Assembly: GCA_963696385.1 (NCBI GenBank)
Contig: CAVOKF010000005.1
Span: forward strand, 1,312,001 to 1,376,000
Source: an uncultured delta proteobacterium
GTDB lineage: Bacteria > Myxococcota_A > Polyangia > Polyangiales > Polyangiaceae
Direction: 5' to 3'
Length of the DNA stretch: 64,000 bases
Numbering within the stretch: the first letter of the stretch is position 1; every line of letters begins with the position of its first letter. The notes below the pieces were generated by a model, which saw only the letters and a program-made list of their open reading frames with translations, ran no database searches and was not told where the DNA came from. Of this stretch, positions 17,826 through 27,119 are shown in pieces. A program made the translations under genes and the position numbers.

Positions 17826-19298
17826 ATGGTCGCACGCCAGGGCCGCAGCTCACTCGGCGCTTTCAGGGCCGGAGTGCCGTCGGCCGCTGGCTCTCGGCGT
17901 TCCTCGGAGTTGCGAATCGAGTGGCCTGGGCGGGTCTGGGAGCCCGGCAAAGCCGCTCACCCGGGCCGTGAGTTGGCGGTGACCGTCGAGAGTGCCGGCA
18001 CGAAACCATTTCCCGGAGTGACGGCGGTGGATCCGCCGCAGGGTCGTCTCATTCTGGGCGATGCTCTCGATGTGGCCACGGCCCTGGCGCGCGACGGGTT
18101 CGGCGGCATGGTCGACTTGGTTTACGTCGATCCGCCCTTCGCTTCCCAGGCTGCCTATGTGTACGAGGCGCGGCTGGATGGGCCCGCTGACGGTCGAGTT
18201 CTCCGGACCAAGGCGTACGACGATCGCTGGGATGGCGGAGGAGTGGCCGCCTATCTCGACATGCTGGCTCCGCGCTTGGAGTCGCTGGCAGAGCTGCTGA
18301 CCCCCGCGGGCACGATCTGGGTCCACGTCGACTACCGTGCATCGTACCTGGTTCGGCTCATCCTCGACGAGATGCTAGGGCGGGAGGCGTTCGTCAACGA
18401 AATCGTCTGGCGGCGCGCGCCGAACTTGGGCCGCCAGGCGGCGAGCTCTCAGTTCGGACGGACGCTCGACACGATCGTGGTCTATGGCAGAAGCGATCGT
18501 GCCGTCTTGGTACCGCCGACCCGCCTCGAGCCCATCCCGACGAGCGCCATCCGCTGGGACGACGCCGGTCGCCCATTCGTCGCCGCGCCGCGCGGCGACT
18601 ACACGGACGGTTCGATCGAGCGGCTCGACAGGGAAGGCCGCGTGCACCGGGCAGCGAGCGGCAAGGTGTATATCAAATATTTTCTTGTGCAAAATAGCGA
18701 TGGCGAATGGTGTCGGGAACGCCGCATCGACGCGCTCTGGACCGACGTGCGACCGCTCCGGCACGCGGCTTCCGGCGAGCGAACCGGATTTCCGACGCAG
18801 AAACCTCGCGCACTGCTCGATCGGATCGTGTCGTGCGCGTCGCCCCCCGGTGGCCTGGTCGTCGACCTCTTCGCTGGCAGCGGTACGACGGGCGAGAGCG
18901 CATACGCCCTCGGGCGTCGCTTCGTGCTGGGTGACGCCTCGCCGCTGGCGACCGCAACCGCGCGGGCTCGGCTGCTTCGCGCGGGCGCTTCGATCGAAGT
19001 GCAAGATTGCGGTCGCACGTCGCCGGTCGCCGACGCGCCGCGTGTGGCCGTCGATCGTGTCGGTTCCGGCGTGCGTGTGCGCTTGGTGGCCCCGCTCGAG
19101 CCACTGGCTTGGGCGGTCGGCAGCGCGGCCGACGCCCGAGCACCGCTCCGGACGGCGTGGCACTCGGAGCGAGTCCCCGGCAGTCGCGCCCGCCGCGTAC
19201 TTGACGAGGCGCTCTTCGAACCCCCTTGCGGCCCTCTTGCAGTCCGTGTCTGGAACGACGACGGCACCGTCGGCACGTGGGTTGAGGAGGTCGCGTGA
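17826..19298 (+). CDS. Site-specific DNA methyltransferase (N6/N4, beta class, Mod-like)
   Basis: LILGDAL, VDLVYVDPPF, VNEIVW, FPTQKPRALLDRIV, VVDLFAGSGTT. Confidence 0.93.
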   Translation: MVARQGRSSLGAFRAGVPSAAGSRRSSELRIEWPGRVWEPGKAAHPGRELAVTVESAGTKPFPGVTAVDPPQGRLILGDALDVATALARDGFGGMVDLVYVDPPFASQAAYVYEARLDGPADGRVLRTKAYDDRWDGGGVAAYLDMLAPRLESLAELLTPAGTIWVHVDYRASYLVRLILDEMLGREAFVNEIVWRRAPNLGRQAASSQFGRTLDTIVVYGRSDRAVLVPPTRLEPIPTSAIRWDDAGRPFVAAPRGDYTDGSIERLDREGRVHRAASGKVYIKYFLVQNSDGEWCRERRIDALWTDVRPLRHAASGERTGFPTQKPRALLDRIVSCASPPGGLVVDLFAGSGTTGESAYALGRRFVLGDASPLATATARARLLRAGASIEVQDCGRTSPVADAPRVAVDRVGSGVRVRLVAPLEPLAWAVGSAADARAPLRTAWHSERVPGSRARRVLDEALFEPPCGPLAVRVWNDDGTVGTWVEEVA

Positions 19299-20590
19299 TC
19301 CTCCGCGATCCAGTCCACGGCCTCGTCGCATTCGAGGCCGACGAGGAGCGAATCGTGGAGCGACTTCTCGACACGCCCGAAGTGCAGCGTCTGCGCCGGG
19401 TGCGCCAGCTGGGGGTCACGTCGCTCGCGTTCCCGGGCGCCGAGCACTCTCGGTTTGCGCATGCGCTCGGGTCGGCCTTCGTCATGAAGCTCCTTTTGGC
19501 GCGGCTGCGCGCGATCCACGGCGTGCTTCCGGAAGCTCAGCGAATCACCCGCCAGCGGGCGCAGCACGCGTTGGCCGCGGCACTGCTGCACGACCTCGGG
19601 CACGGGCCCTTGTCGCACCTGTTCGAAGAGGCCATTCCGGGCACGCCGGCGCATGAAACCTGGACGGAGCGAATCGTGCTCGATTCGGCCACCGCTGTTC
19701 ATCGAGTGCTTGCGGACGCGGATCCAGCGATGCCCGCGCGTGTCGTCGACCTCGTTCACGGACGGCACGAACTCGCATACCTCGCGAAAGCGGTGAGCGG
19801 CGAGCTGGACGTCGACCGCTGCGATTATCTTCTTCGCGACGCGCACGCGACGGGCGTCCGCTATGGCCTTTACGACCTCGACTGGCTCCTTCGAAGCCTC
19901 TGCTTCGGCCCGGTCTCGGCTTCCACGATTGCCGCGCCCGAGCTGGCCATCGATGGAGCCAAGGGTTTGCCGGCCATCGAAGCGTTCATCACGGCACGGC
20001 TCTTCATGTTCCAACAAGTCTACCTGCACAAGGCGACGCGGGCAGCCGAGTGGATGATCCGAACGATCCTGGCGCGCGCCGTTTCGGTTTTGCGATCCGG
20101 GGCGCGACTCGACGCCGTGCCGGCGGCCGTCGTCTCGGCGGCACGTGAAGAGCCGATTCTTCTCGGAGACTACCTGGCTCTCGACGATGACGTCCTCTGG
20201 GTAGCCATGCGCGCCTGGGAACAGGCACCCGACGCACCGCTAGCGGACCTATCCAGGCGAATTCGGACCCGCTCGCTGTTCAAGACGCTGGAGCTCTTTG
20301 GCGAGCAGGCGACGATCGACGGCCGCGCGCGTGCTCTGGCCGTTGCCCGCGACGTCGCCCGCCACCGGGGATTCAATCCCGACGTTTACGTCGGAGTCGA
20401 CGTCGCGAGCGATGAGCCGTTCGGAGCCAGGGACGCACCGCTCACGGTGGTTTATTCGAAAGGGCCAGCTCGCCCCCTACACGAAGTTTCGTTTTTGCTG
20501 GGACGGCTCGCGGGACAAGTTCTCTCGCGCGTTCGCTTGGTTCTCGCGCCGGAGCTCCGTGAGCCGGTCACGCATGCCCTCGGGATTTGA
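19295..20590 (+). CDS. HD-domain dNTP triphosphohydrolase-like protein (SAMHD1/YwfO-type)
   Basis: RDPVHG, QRLRRVRQLG, HSRFAHALG, LLHDLGHGPLSH.FE, LDVDRCDYLLRD, VYLHK. Confidence 0.92.
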   Translation: MILRDPVHGLVAFEADEERIVERLLDTPEVQRLRRVRQLGVTSLAFPGAEHSRFAHALGSAFVMKLLLARLRAIHGVLPEAQRITRQRAQHALAAALLHDLGHGPLSHLFEEAIPGTPAHETWTERIVLDSATAVHRVLADADPAMPARVVDLVHGRHELAYLAKAVSGELDVDRCDYLLRDAHATGVRYGLYDLDWLLRSLCFGPVSASTIAAPELAIDGAKGLPAIEAFITARLFMFQQVYLHKATRAAEWMIRTILARAVSVLRSGARLDAVPAAVVSAAREEPILLGDYLALDDDVLWVAMRAWEQAPDAPLADLSRRIRTRSLFKTLELFGEQATIDGRARALAVARDVARHRGFNPDVYVGVDVASDEPFGARDAPLTVVYSKGPARPLHEVSFLLGRLAGQVLSRVRLVLAPELREPVTHALGI

Positions 20591-21224
20591 ACGCGCGGTC
20601 TTCGCGGCGATGTCCGTGTCGTTCGTGCTTGGCGCAGTCCCCTCATGGGCCGACGGCGCGGCCAATCCGACATACGGGCGCATGAATGGCGACCTCAGTC
20701 TGGTCGTGGGTGCCGGGGCGATGGTGGTTCCGGGCGCACCGCGCGTCGAAGGCGAGATCCGGATCCGATACCTCGACACGGCCGGCGTCTTCGCCGCTTA
20801 CGAAGACGGTCCCCTCGTCGCCTCCGATTCGGAGCCGAGACGCGCCCTCAGCACCGGCGTCGAGCTCCGGCCCGTCTTTCTCGCTCGATGGTTGAACGGA
20901 CTCGAGACCGAGCGCGCTCGTCTCGACATGGTGCTCGATTCGATCGGCCTCGATCTTGGAGCGATTTTTTTGCAGCCGCGGGCAGGGGGGTTCGCGTCGC
21001 GATCCGGGCTTCTGGTCGGGCTTGGCGTCGAGATTCCGATATTCGCGAATGCGTCGGGACCTTGGATCGACTTGCAGGGTGGCATGCGATGGAGCGAGGA
21101 AGCCGTTGCACTCGGCATCGTGCGCGGACTCGTCGATCGCAGCGCTTTTCTGGCGATCACGCTCTCCTGGCACCAATTCGTATCCACTCACCTCGTCGAC
21201 GTTTGGGACGAGGCGCCGCAGTAA
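20574..21224 (+). CDS. Exported hypothetical protein, possible small beta-barrel
   Basis: Signal peptide (SWA-D) followed by alternating hydrophobic strands with G/aromatic residues. Confidence 0.55.
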   Translation: MPSGFERAVFAAMSVSFVLGAVPSWADGAANPTYGRMNGDLSLVVGAGAMVVPGAPRVEGEIRIRYLDTAGVFAAYEDGPLVASDSEPRRALSTGVELRPVFLARWLNGLETERARLDMVLDSIGLDLGAIFLQPRAGGFASRSGLLVGLGVEIPIFANASGPWIDLQGGMRWSEEAVALGIVRGLVDRSAFLAITLSWHQFVSTHLVDVWDEAPQ

Positions 21225-21231
21225 GCGGCGG

Positions 21232-22224
21232 TCAAGGTGTGCCGGGATCGCGGCCGCGCGGGCCCATGGCGCTTTCCACGAGGCCGGCCAACGCGCAGTT
21301 GTTGGCCTGACGTTGCATGGCGTCGCGCGTCTCCGGGTCCGTGACGGGCCGCTCGCCGGTCGAAATGACGCGCGAGCTGCCCGATCGTCGGAGACGCAAA
21401 ATCTCCTTATTCGTTCGGAGGTCGAAGACCTCGACGCGCGCCGGGTGCGCAATGAGCTGAAGCGCTTCTTCCGTCATGAGGCCCGCCTCGGTCTGCTCGG
21501 CGTCGGCGACGGCTTCGTCCAACACCAAGAGGAAAAATTGAGCACGCGTCACGACATCGACGGCGATCGGGATCTCGTCGCGCACGGCGGTGTCGTACTG
21601 CTCTGAAAAGACGCGCATGCGCATGTCGCCGTCGGCGTCTTTTACGGCGCGAACCCACGTGTCGCCCAAAATCCTCGTTGCGGCATAGGCTCGCCCGAGG
21701 TTCCACGGCTGCTCGGCGAACGCGCCCCCGTCAATCTCGCCCCGAAGCCCGCGTTCGTTCGGCTCACGCAGCAGACAGCTTGCGAACGCGTCCTTTTTGG
21801 CGTCGGCGGCGACCCGACGAATGTCTCCGACGGTCATCGCATCGGCTACGCGCATCCGAAGATACAGCCCCGGCTGCGTCCGGAACGCACCGCCACGGGC
21901 CTCGGGCTCGACGAGGTCGCCGGCGTAAGCCCTCGCAGCGCCCAAGACGTCTTCTTCCAGGCGATCCCGGAGGGGGAACCACCGAACGCCCAGTGTCGCC
22001 TCGAGCGCACGCTGCTTGGCAAGCAGAGCTTGCTTGTCGGAGTTGAGCTCGCGGCTGCTGACGATCGTGTGCAGGATCAGTCCGAGTAGGACAGCGCCAG
22101 CGGCCGTGAGACCAGCCCGCATCGTCCAGCGGGGACCGCGCCGCGAACGCTCTTCGCGTGCGCGAGAGATGGCCGGAAGGCCGCGAGGGCCCTTCTTGAG
22201 GTCCGCCATGTCGAGGTCCGCCAC
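21232..22224 (-). CDS. Hypothetical protein with one N-terminal TM anchor
   Basis: Basic N-terminus, TM AGLTAAGAVLLGLILHTIV, then a soluble domain; 31 bp downstream of the exbD-like gene. Confidence 0.7.
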   Translation of the reverse strand: MADLDMADLKKGPRGLPAISRAREERSRRGPRWTMRAGLTAAGAVLLGLILHTIVSSRELNSDKQALLAKQRALEATLGVRWFPLRDRLEEDVLGAARAYAGDLVEPEARGGAFRTQPGLYLRMRVADAMTVGDIRRVAADAKKDAFASCLLREPNERGLRGEIDGGAFAEQPWNLGRAYAATRILGDTWVRAVKDADGDMRMRVFSEQYDTAVRDEIPIAVDVVTRAQFFLLVLDEAVADAEQTEAGLMTEEALQLIAHPARVEVFDLRTNKEILRLRRSGSSRVISTGERPVTDPETRDAMQRQANNCALAGLVESAMGPRGRDPGTP

Positions 22225-22255
22225 CGGAACGCAAGGCGCCCGGTATCCGAGGAGA

Positions 22256-22798
22256 TCAGCGTGCCGTCTTCGGCAGGTTGTTCACCATGAAGCTCACGTT
22301 TGGGAAACCAGCGAACGCTGCCGTTTGAAAGACGCTCTTCACGATGACGGCTTTGATGTTCTGATCGATCTGAAGCATCACCACACCGGGAAAATCCTTG
22401 TTCGGGTGCGTTTGCTTCCAGAGCTCGCGCTTGGCTTTGAGGACGTTGAAGAGCTCGTCGATTCGTTGCATCCGATCGGACTCCTCGATCGCGCGCGTAT
22501 TTCCGGTCGGCGAACCGTCGACCAAGATCTCGCTACCGACCACGGCCACCATCGGCGCGTCGATCATGTCGAGCGTATTTTCCGCCTTCGGCAGGTTGAG
22601 CCCCTTGGCGATGGGCGTTTCCCCGCTGGCACTGAACGTCATGAGCAAGAACACGACGGTCACGACGAGAAAATCGATCATGCTCGTCAGCGACAGGGCG
22701 GCATTCGTCGAACGATGCCCGCCGCCACTGACTTTCCGTTCGACGAACTCGAGCCCCACGTGATGCATGAGGCGCCGGTTGGGCTGCTGGATGGCCAT
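22256..22798 (-). CDS. ExbD/TolR family protein
   Basis: LTSMIDFLVVTVVFLLMTF (conserved TM Asp), LNLPKA, LQIDQN. Confidence 0.92.
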   Translation of the reverse strand: MAIQQPNRRLMHHVGLEFVERKVSGGGHRSTNAALSLTSMIDFLVVTVVFLLMTFSASGETPIAKGLNLPKAENTLDMIDAPMVAVVGSEILVDGSPTGNTRAIEESDRMQRIDELFNVLKAKRELWKQTHPNKDFPGVVMLQIDQNIKAVIVKSVFQTAAFAGFPNVSFMVNNLPKTAR

Positions 22799-22838
22799 CT
22801 TGAATCCTGGTGCGTGGACGCGAGGGTTTAGCCTGGGG

Positions 22839-23411
22839 TCAGTTCACCGCGAAGGTAATGTTGAACGCCGGCACTTTCTCGGTCTTTGGGCCGAGCTGCA
22901 TGTCCCGGTGCGTTTGGTAAATCGCGTCGATGACGCCGATGATGTACTTGAATTCGGTCTTGTTGTCGGTGTGCAGAATCGCTTGATCGACCTTACGGTC
23001 CGTCGGGTTCGAATGCTGCCCCTTGGCCTTCCACTCGCTCTCGACCTTGTCCGCCAGGTCGGGAAAGCGCACGACCTGAACGGCCCCTTGATCGGTGACG
23101 ACGTCCTTGCGTGGGACGTCGATAGAGTCGACCGTTGTGCTGCCCTGCTTCCAGATAAGGACGAACTTGTCCTCGGATCGCATCTCCACGTGAAGTTGCT
23201 TTTCCGGCTCGACCTTCTCTTGTTCGACGTCGGGACGCGGCGGGCCGGGCACTTGAGCATCGGCGTTGATCCGAGCCATGTGCGTCCACACCGCCGTGAT
23301 GAGAAGAAACGAAATGGTCACCATGAGCAGGTCGATCATCGGAATCATGTTGATGTCCGAATCGACCTTCTTCCGCCCGCCGCCACCGCCACCGACGTCT
23401 ACGCCACCCAT
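22839..23411 (-). CDS. ExbD/TolR family protein
   Basis: DINMIPMIDLLMVTISFLLIT; ILHTDNKTEFKYIIGVID. Confidence 0.92.
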   Translation of the reverse strand: MGGVDVGGGGGGRKKVDSDINMIPMIDLLMVTISFLLITAVWTHMARINADAQVPGPPRPDVEQEKVEPEKQLHVEMRSEDKFVLIWKQGSTTVDSIDVPRKDVVTDQGAVQVVRFPDLADKVESEWKAKGQHSNPTDRKVDQAILHTDNKTEFKYIIGVIDAIYQTHRDMQLGPKTEKVPAFNITFAVN

Positions 23412-23502
23412 GGTGCTCTCCGCTGCGCATCCTCCGCGGCGCGGAGCGACTCATGCGAGCTCCGCGACGCGAATGAGCGGTTTGACCGTTGCAATGCGAC
23501 CA

Positions 23503-24156
23503 TCACCCGGACAAGCCGCCCAAGTTGACCTTTTGCCGATTCGTCACGACGAGGTTGAGCACTTGCACGCTCGCCTCGTTGATGTCGTCTTCGAGCGATT
23601 GCGTCTTGCCGTTGAGTACGGCAAAGCCGATGAGGCCCAGGATCGCGACAATGAGTCCGAACGCCGTGCAGTTCATGGCTTCCGAGATGCCTTCTGCCAG
23701 GATTCGGGCTTTTTGACTCGGATCCACGCTCTCCCCCGAGACGGCCCCGAAGCTCACGATGAGGCCGGAGACCGTTCCGAGCAAGCCGCTGAGCATCGAG
23801 AGGTTCGCAAGGAGCGCGAGATACCCGGTGTTCTTGGCGATTCGCGGAACTTCGCGAAGCGCCGCTTCGTCCATGGCCGCTTGGACCTCCTCGTCTGGAC
23901 GGTTCACTTTGACGAGCCCCGCCTGCACGATGCGCGCGAGCGGCGCATTCGCTGCCGAGCACATCTTGACGGCCTTTGCGATGTCACCTGCGAGGATGCA
24001 CTTCTGCATCGTCGCAAGAAACACATCCTTGTTGATGGACGCGCCGAAAAGGTAAAGCGCCCTTTCGACAATCACGCCCACTGTAATGATGGACCAGAAG
24101 AGGATGACGTACATCCCCCATCCGCCTTCCTTGAAATGCTTCCACACAGCAGCCAT
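23503..24156 (-). CDS. MotA/TolQ/ExbB proton channel protein
   Basis: EGGWGM, VIVER, GLLGTVSGLIVSF, GISEAMNCTAFGL. Confidence 0.95.
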   Translation of the reverse strand: MAAVWKHFKEGGWGMYVILFWSIITVGVIVERALYLFGASINKDVFLATMQKCILAGDIAKAVKMCSAANAPLARIVQAGLVKVNRPDEEVQAAMDEAALREVPRIAKNTGYLALLANLSMLSGLLGTVSGLIVSFGAVSGESVDPSQKARILAEGISEAMNCTAFGLIVAILGLIGFAVLNGKTQSLEDDINEASVQVLNLVVTNRQKVNLGGLSG

Positions 24157-25016
24157 CGAACCGTCCTCCGTCAGGTATTTGTCGGCAGCGCTTAGGGCGC
24201 CTAGTCACCCGGGCGGTCGGCCCCGGTGCACCGAGTATCGTTGCGAGCGATGAGTTGACCTCGAGCGGGTCTCTTAGTTCCCAGTATTCACGCTCGTGCC
24301 AGCCGCACGAGAGCGTCGGGACGTTATCTGAATGAATCGGCGCCAAGCAAGCCGCCTGCGCCAGTACGTGGACGCCATCGCCCGAACGGGCGCCCGGTAC
24401 AGCGCTCAGACGCATGAAGACCACGAGCCTGACAGGTGATGCGGAAGGACGTCAAGCGAGTTGGAGCCGGATCAGCCCCTCTGGCGACATGTATTCTCAC
24501 AGTCGCGCACAGAGCGACAGGTGCAACGAAGTTTTATGTCGCTACGTCACTGGAATGGCCTGTCGCGGCACAGGAGGGCCGCGGCCGGGGCTAGACCGCC
24601 GCCGGCCCACGAAGGTCGACCGGGCTCCCGACCGGGTGGCGAAGCCGCCGCGACAACCTGCGATCGGCGCCCACGGCCCGGCCACCTTCGTCCTCCGCGG
24701 CGTGTCGTCGTTGACTCCAGCGATCCCGAGGCGCTATCGTCGGCGATGCAAGGCCCGCTCGCCCGTCTTCGGGAGCGGGGCGGGCGACGCAATGAGCGAG
24801 TACGTCTGGCCGATCACGGGGTAGGCAAGGGCCGTCCCCGAGTGAGGCCGGCCGCGGGAGCGGGAGATGGAGTAGACGCGGAGCGCGGTGACCCCGCGAT
24901 CCCCAAATTGGCGTGTTTTGAAGCGCGTGCCGTTATACTGGGCGCGTACAGTCGAATAAACCCGAGGCGCGCAGGAAGCGCCGGTCGATCGCAGACTTAG
25001 AAAGGAGCGGCGGGGA

Positions 25017-25706
25017 ATGTTGGTGGTCCTAGTTGCGGAGCAGGCGGCCCAGGCCGCGGGCGGGAGCGGGGGCCTCATGGGCGCCTTCAAAGAGCGTCCG
25101 ACGTTCCTGGTTGCCAACCTCATCGTGAGCGCGGTCGTCATTGCGATGGTCATCGAGCGCGTGGCGTTTCAACTCTCGAAGTACAGCGTGAATTCGAAGG
25201 AGTTTTTCGCGCAGATCAAGAAGTTGGTTACGGCAGGCAACATCGATCGCGCCATCAAGCTCTGCGACGCCGGGGACTATCCGACGCTGCAGCTCGTGAA
25301 GGCGGGGCTGACGCATGCCAACAAAGGCCCAGACGAGATCGACGCGGCAATGAGCGAAAAGATGGGCGAGTTGCGACCCGCAGTGGAAAAGCGGATCGGC
25401 TCGCTCTGGTCGCTCGCCAACATCGCGACGCTCATAGGCCTCCTCGGAACGGTCACGGGGCTCATCACGACGTTCAATGCCGTATCCGATCCGCGATTGT
25501 CGGCCGCGCAGCGTCAGGCGCAGCTGTCGCTCGGCATCTCGGAGGCCATGTACAACACGGCGTTCGGTCTCGGAATCGCCGTGACGTGCATGATCGCGCA
25601 CCTATTTCTCCACCAGCGAGCGAAGAACATTCAGCACGATCTGGACGCTACGCAGGAGCGTGTGTTCAACCTGCTCACCATCCAGACGCGTCCCGGCAGC
25701 TACTGA
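25017..25706 (+). CDS. MotA/TolQ/ExbB proton channel protein (AglR-like)
   Basis: RBS AAGGAG; GNIDRAIKLC, ANIATLIGLLGTVTGLI, GISEAMYNTAFGL. Confidence 0.93.
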   Translation: MLVVLVAEQAAQAAGGSGGLMGAFKERPTFLVANLIVSAVVIAMVIERVAFQLSKYSVNSKEFFAQIKKLVTAGNIDRAIKLCDAGDYPTLQLVKAGLTHANKGPDEIDAAMSEKMGELRPAVEKRIGSLWSLANIATLIGLLGTVTGLITTFNAVSDPRLSAAQRQAQLSLGISEAMYNTAFGLGIAVTCMIAHLFLHQRAKNIQHDLDATQERVFNLLTIQTRPGSY

Positions 25707-25724
25707 TCGCGACGGGAACCCGCG

Positions 25725-26294
25725 ATGCCGGATACCGAAAAGCTCAGCGCGGCGCAGCGGAGCAAAGTCCGCCGCCTATCCAGGCCGCAAGAGTTCGCAC
25801 CCGACGAGGAGGGCGGCGAGCTCAACATCGTTCCCTTCCTCGACATCATTACCAACGTGCTGATGTTCGTCCTCGCGACGATTTCGGTCACCTTCACGAC
25901 GATGATCGACTCCGAGCCACCGCGCGCCGGAGGTTCGAACGCACGCCCGCCGACGAAGCCGTCGCTCTCGCTCAACATCGTTGTCATCGACAAAGGGTTC
26001 ATCGTGTCGGCCTTCGGGCAGCGAATCGGCGAGGGATGCCAAGGGCCCGGCTCGGGACTGGCCGTTGGACTCAAGACATCGGATGGCCGGCAGGACTATG
26101 ACTACGCGTCGTTGACGTCGTGCGCAAAGCGGCTCAAAAATCAGGTTCCAGAGGCCGCCGAAGAGAAAGCCGCAACGCTTACGGCCAACAAGGACATCCC
26201 GTACCAAGTCATCATCAGCACCATTGACGCGATCCGCCGCGGCGACGACGGGCAAGAGCTTTTCCCGGACATCAACTTCGGAGTGCCCAAGTAG
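25725..26294 (+). CDS. ExbD/TolR family protein (AglQ-like)
   Basis: GGELNIVPFLDIITNVLMFVL; ANKDIPYQVIISTIDAIR...LFPDI. Confidence 0.9.
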   Translation: MPDTEKLSAAQRSKVRRLSRPQEFAPDEEGGELNIVPFLDIITNVLMFVLATISVTFTTMIDSEPPRAGGSNARPPTKPSLSLNIVVIDKGFIVSAFGQRIGEGCQGPGSGLAVGLKTSDGRQDYDYASLTSCAKRLKNQVPEAAEEKAATLTANKDIPYQVIISTIDAIRRGDDGQELFPDINFGVPK

Positions 26295-26296
26295 CC

Positions 26297-26923
26297 ATGA
26301 GCGAGCCGCCCGTAGGGGTCGAGCAGAAGACCGCCAAGCCTGCGCCGCAAAAGCCGGCCAGCCTTGCCGTGTACAAGCGCGAGCTGCGCAAAGCGATTGC
26401 GCGCAACCAGGTCGAACCCGAAATCATGTTTCTGAACATCACGGCAATGATGGATATGATGACCATCATCCTGGTGTTCCTGCTGAAAAGCTTGAGCACA
26501 TCGACGGCATCGTTGCCGCAATCGCAAGACCTTCGGCTTCCCAAGAGCGTCCTCACTACAGAACCCGACTCCGAACCCGAGGGCCTGCCGGTCATCGTAT
26601 CCAAGTCGCAGATTATCGTGGGCGAATCGGTCGTGGGTCCAGTTCCGCCCGATGCGGCTCAGTACGGGGTCGAGGCGAAGTACAAGCGTGGGTCGCGCAA
26701 CGACTACTTCATCGTACCGCTCGGCAGCGCTCTCCAGGCATGGCGCGATGCGGACAAGCAAATTCGGCTGCGGACGGGCAAGGATCCCTCTCGGAGCGAG
26801 GCGATCCTCATCGCGGACTCCTCGACGCCGTACCGACTTCTGACCGAAGTGATGTACACGCTGGGGCAGACCGAGTTTTCTCAGTTTCACCTGATGGTCC
26901 TGCAAAGCGACAAGAGCAAGTAG
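26297..26923 (+). CDS. ExbD/TolR family protein (AglS-like)
   Basis: LNITAMMDMMTIILVFLLKS; IADSSTPYRLLTEVMYTLGQ. Confidence 0.9.
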   Translation: MSEPPVGVEQKTAKPAPQKPASLAVYKRELRKAIARNQVEPEIMFLNITAMMDMMTIILVFLLKSLSTSTASLPQSQDLRLPKSVLTTEPDSEPEGLPVIVSKSQIIVGESVVGPVPPDAAQYGVEAKYKRGSRNDYFIVPLGSALQAWRDADKQIRLRTGKDPSRSEAILIADSSTPYRLLTEVMYTLGQTEFSQFHLMVLQSDKSK

Positions 26924-26954
26924 CGTCGCCCTCAAAGCCGCTCCCGCGGCTTTG

Positions 26955-27119
26955 CTAGTGGCTCATCCCGCAAGAACCATTGCACTTATCGATTCGCGCG
27001 ACTTGCGGCAATGGGCCACTAGTACCCCGATTCCATGAAACGGAGGGGTTGAGACCACCCGATCCCGTCGGGAATATCGCGGAAAACGACCCTTCCATTC
27101 CGCGGAATCGAGGTACTAG
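26955..27119. repeat. Two tandem CTAG-bounded inverted-repeat mini-elements (68 and 101 bp)
   Basis: CTAGTGGCTCATCCCGCAAG...CTTGCGGCAATGGGCCACTAG (26955-27022) and CTAGTACCCCGATTCC...GGAATCGAGGTACTAG (27019-27119) share one CTAG. Confidence 0.7.

Noticed and set aside
24288..24301. Minus-strand TGGCACGAGCGTGAA as a sigma54 promoter for the motor operon
   Set aside because: The -12 GC is absent and the spacing is off by one.
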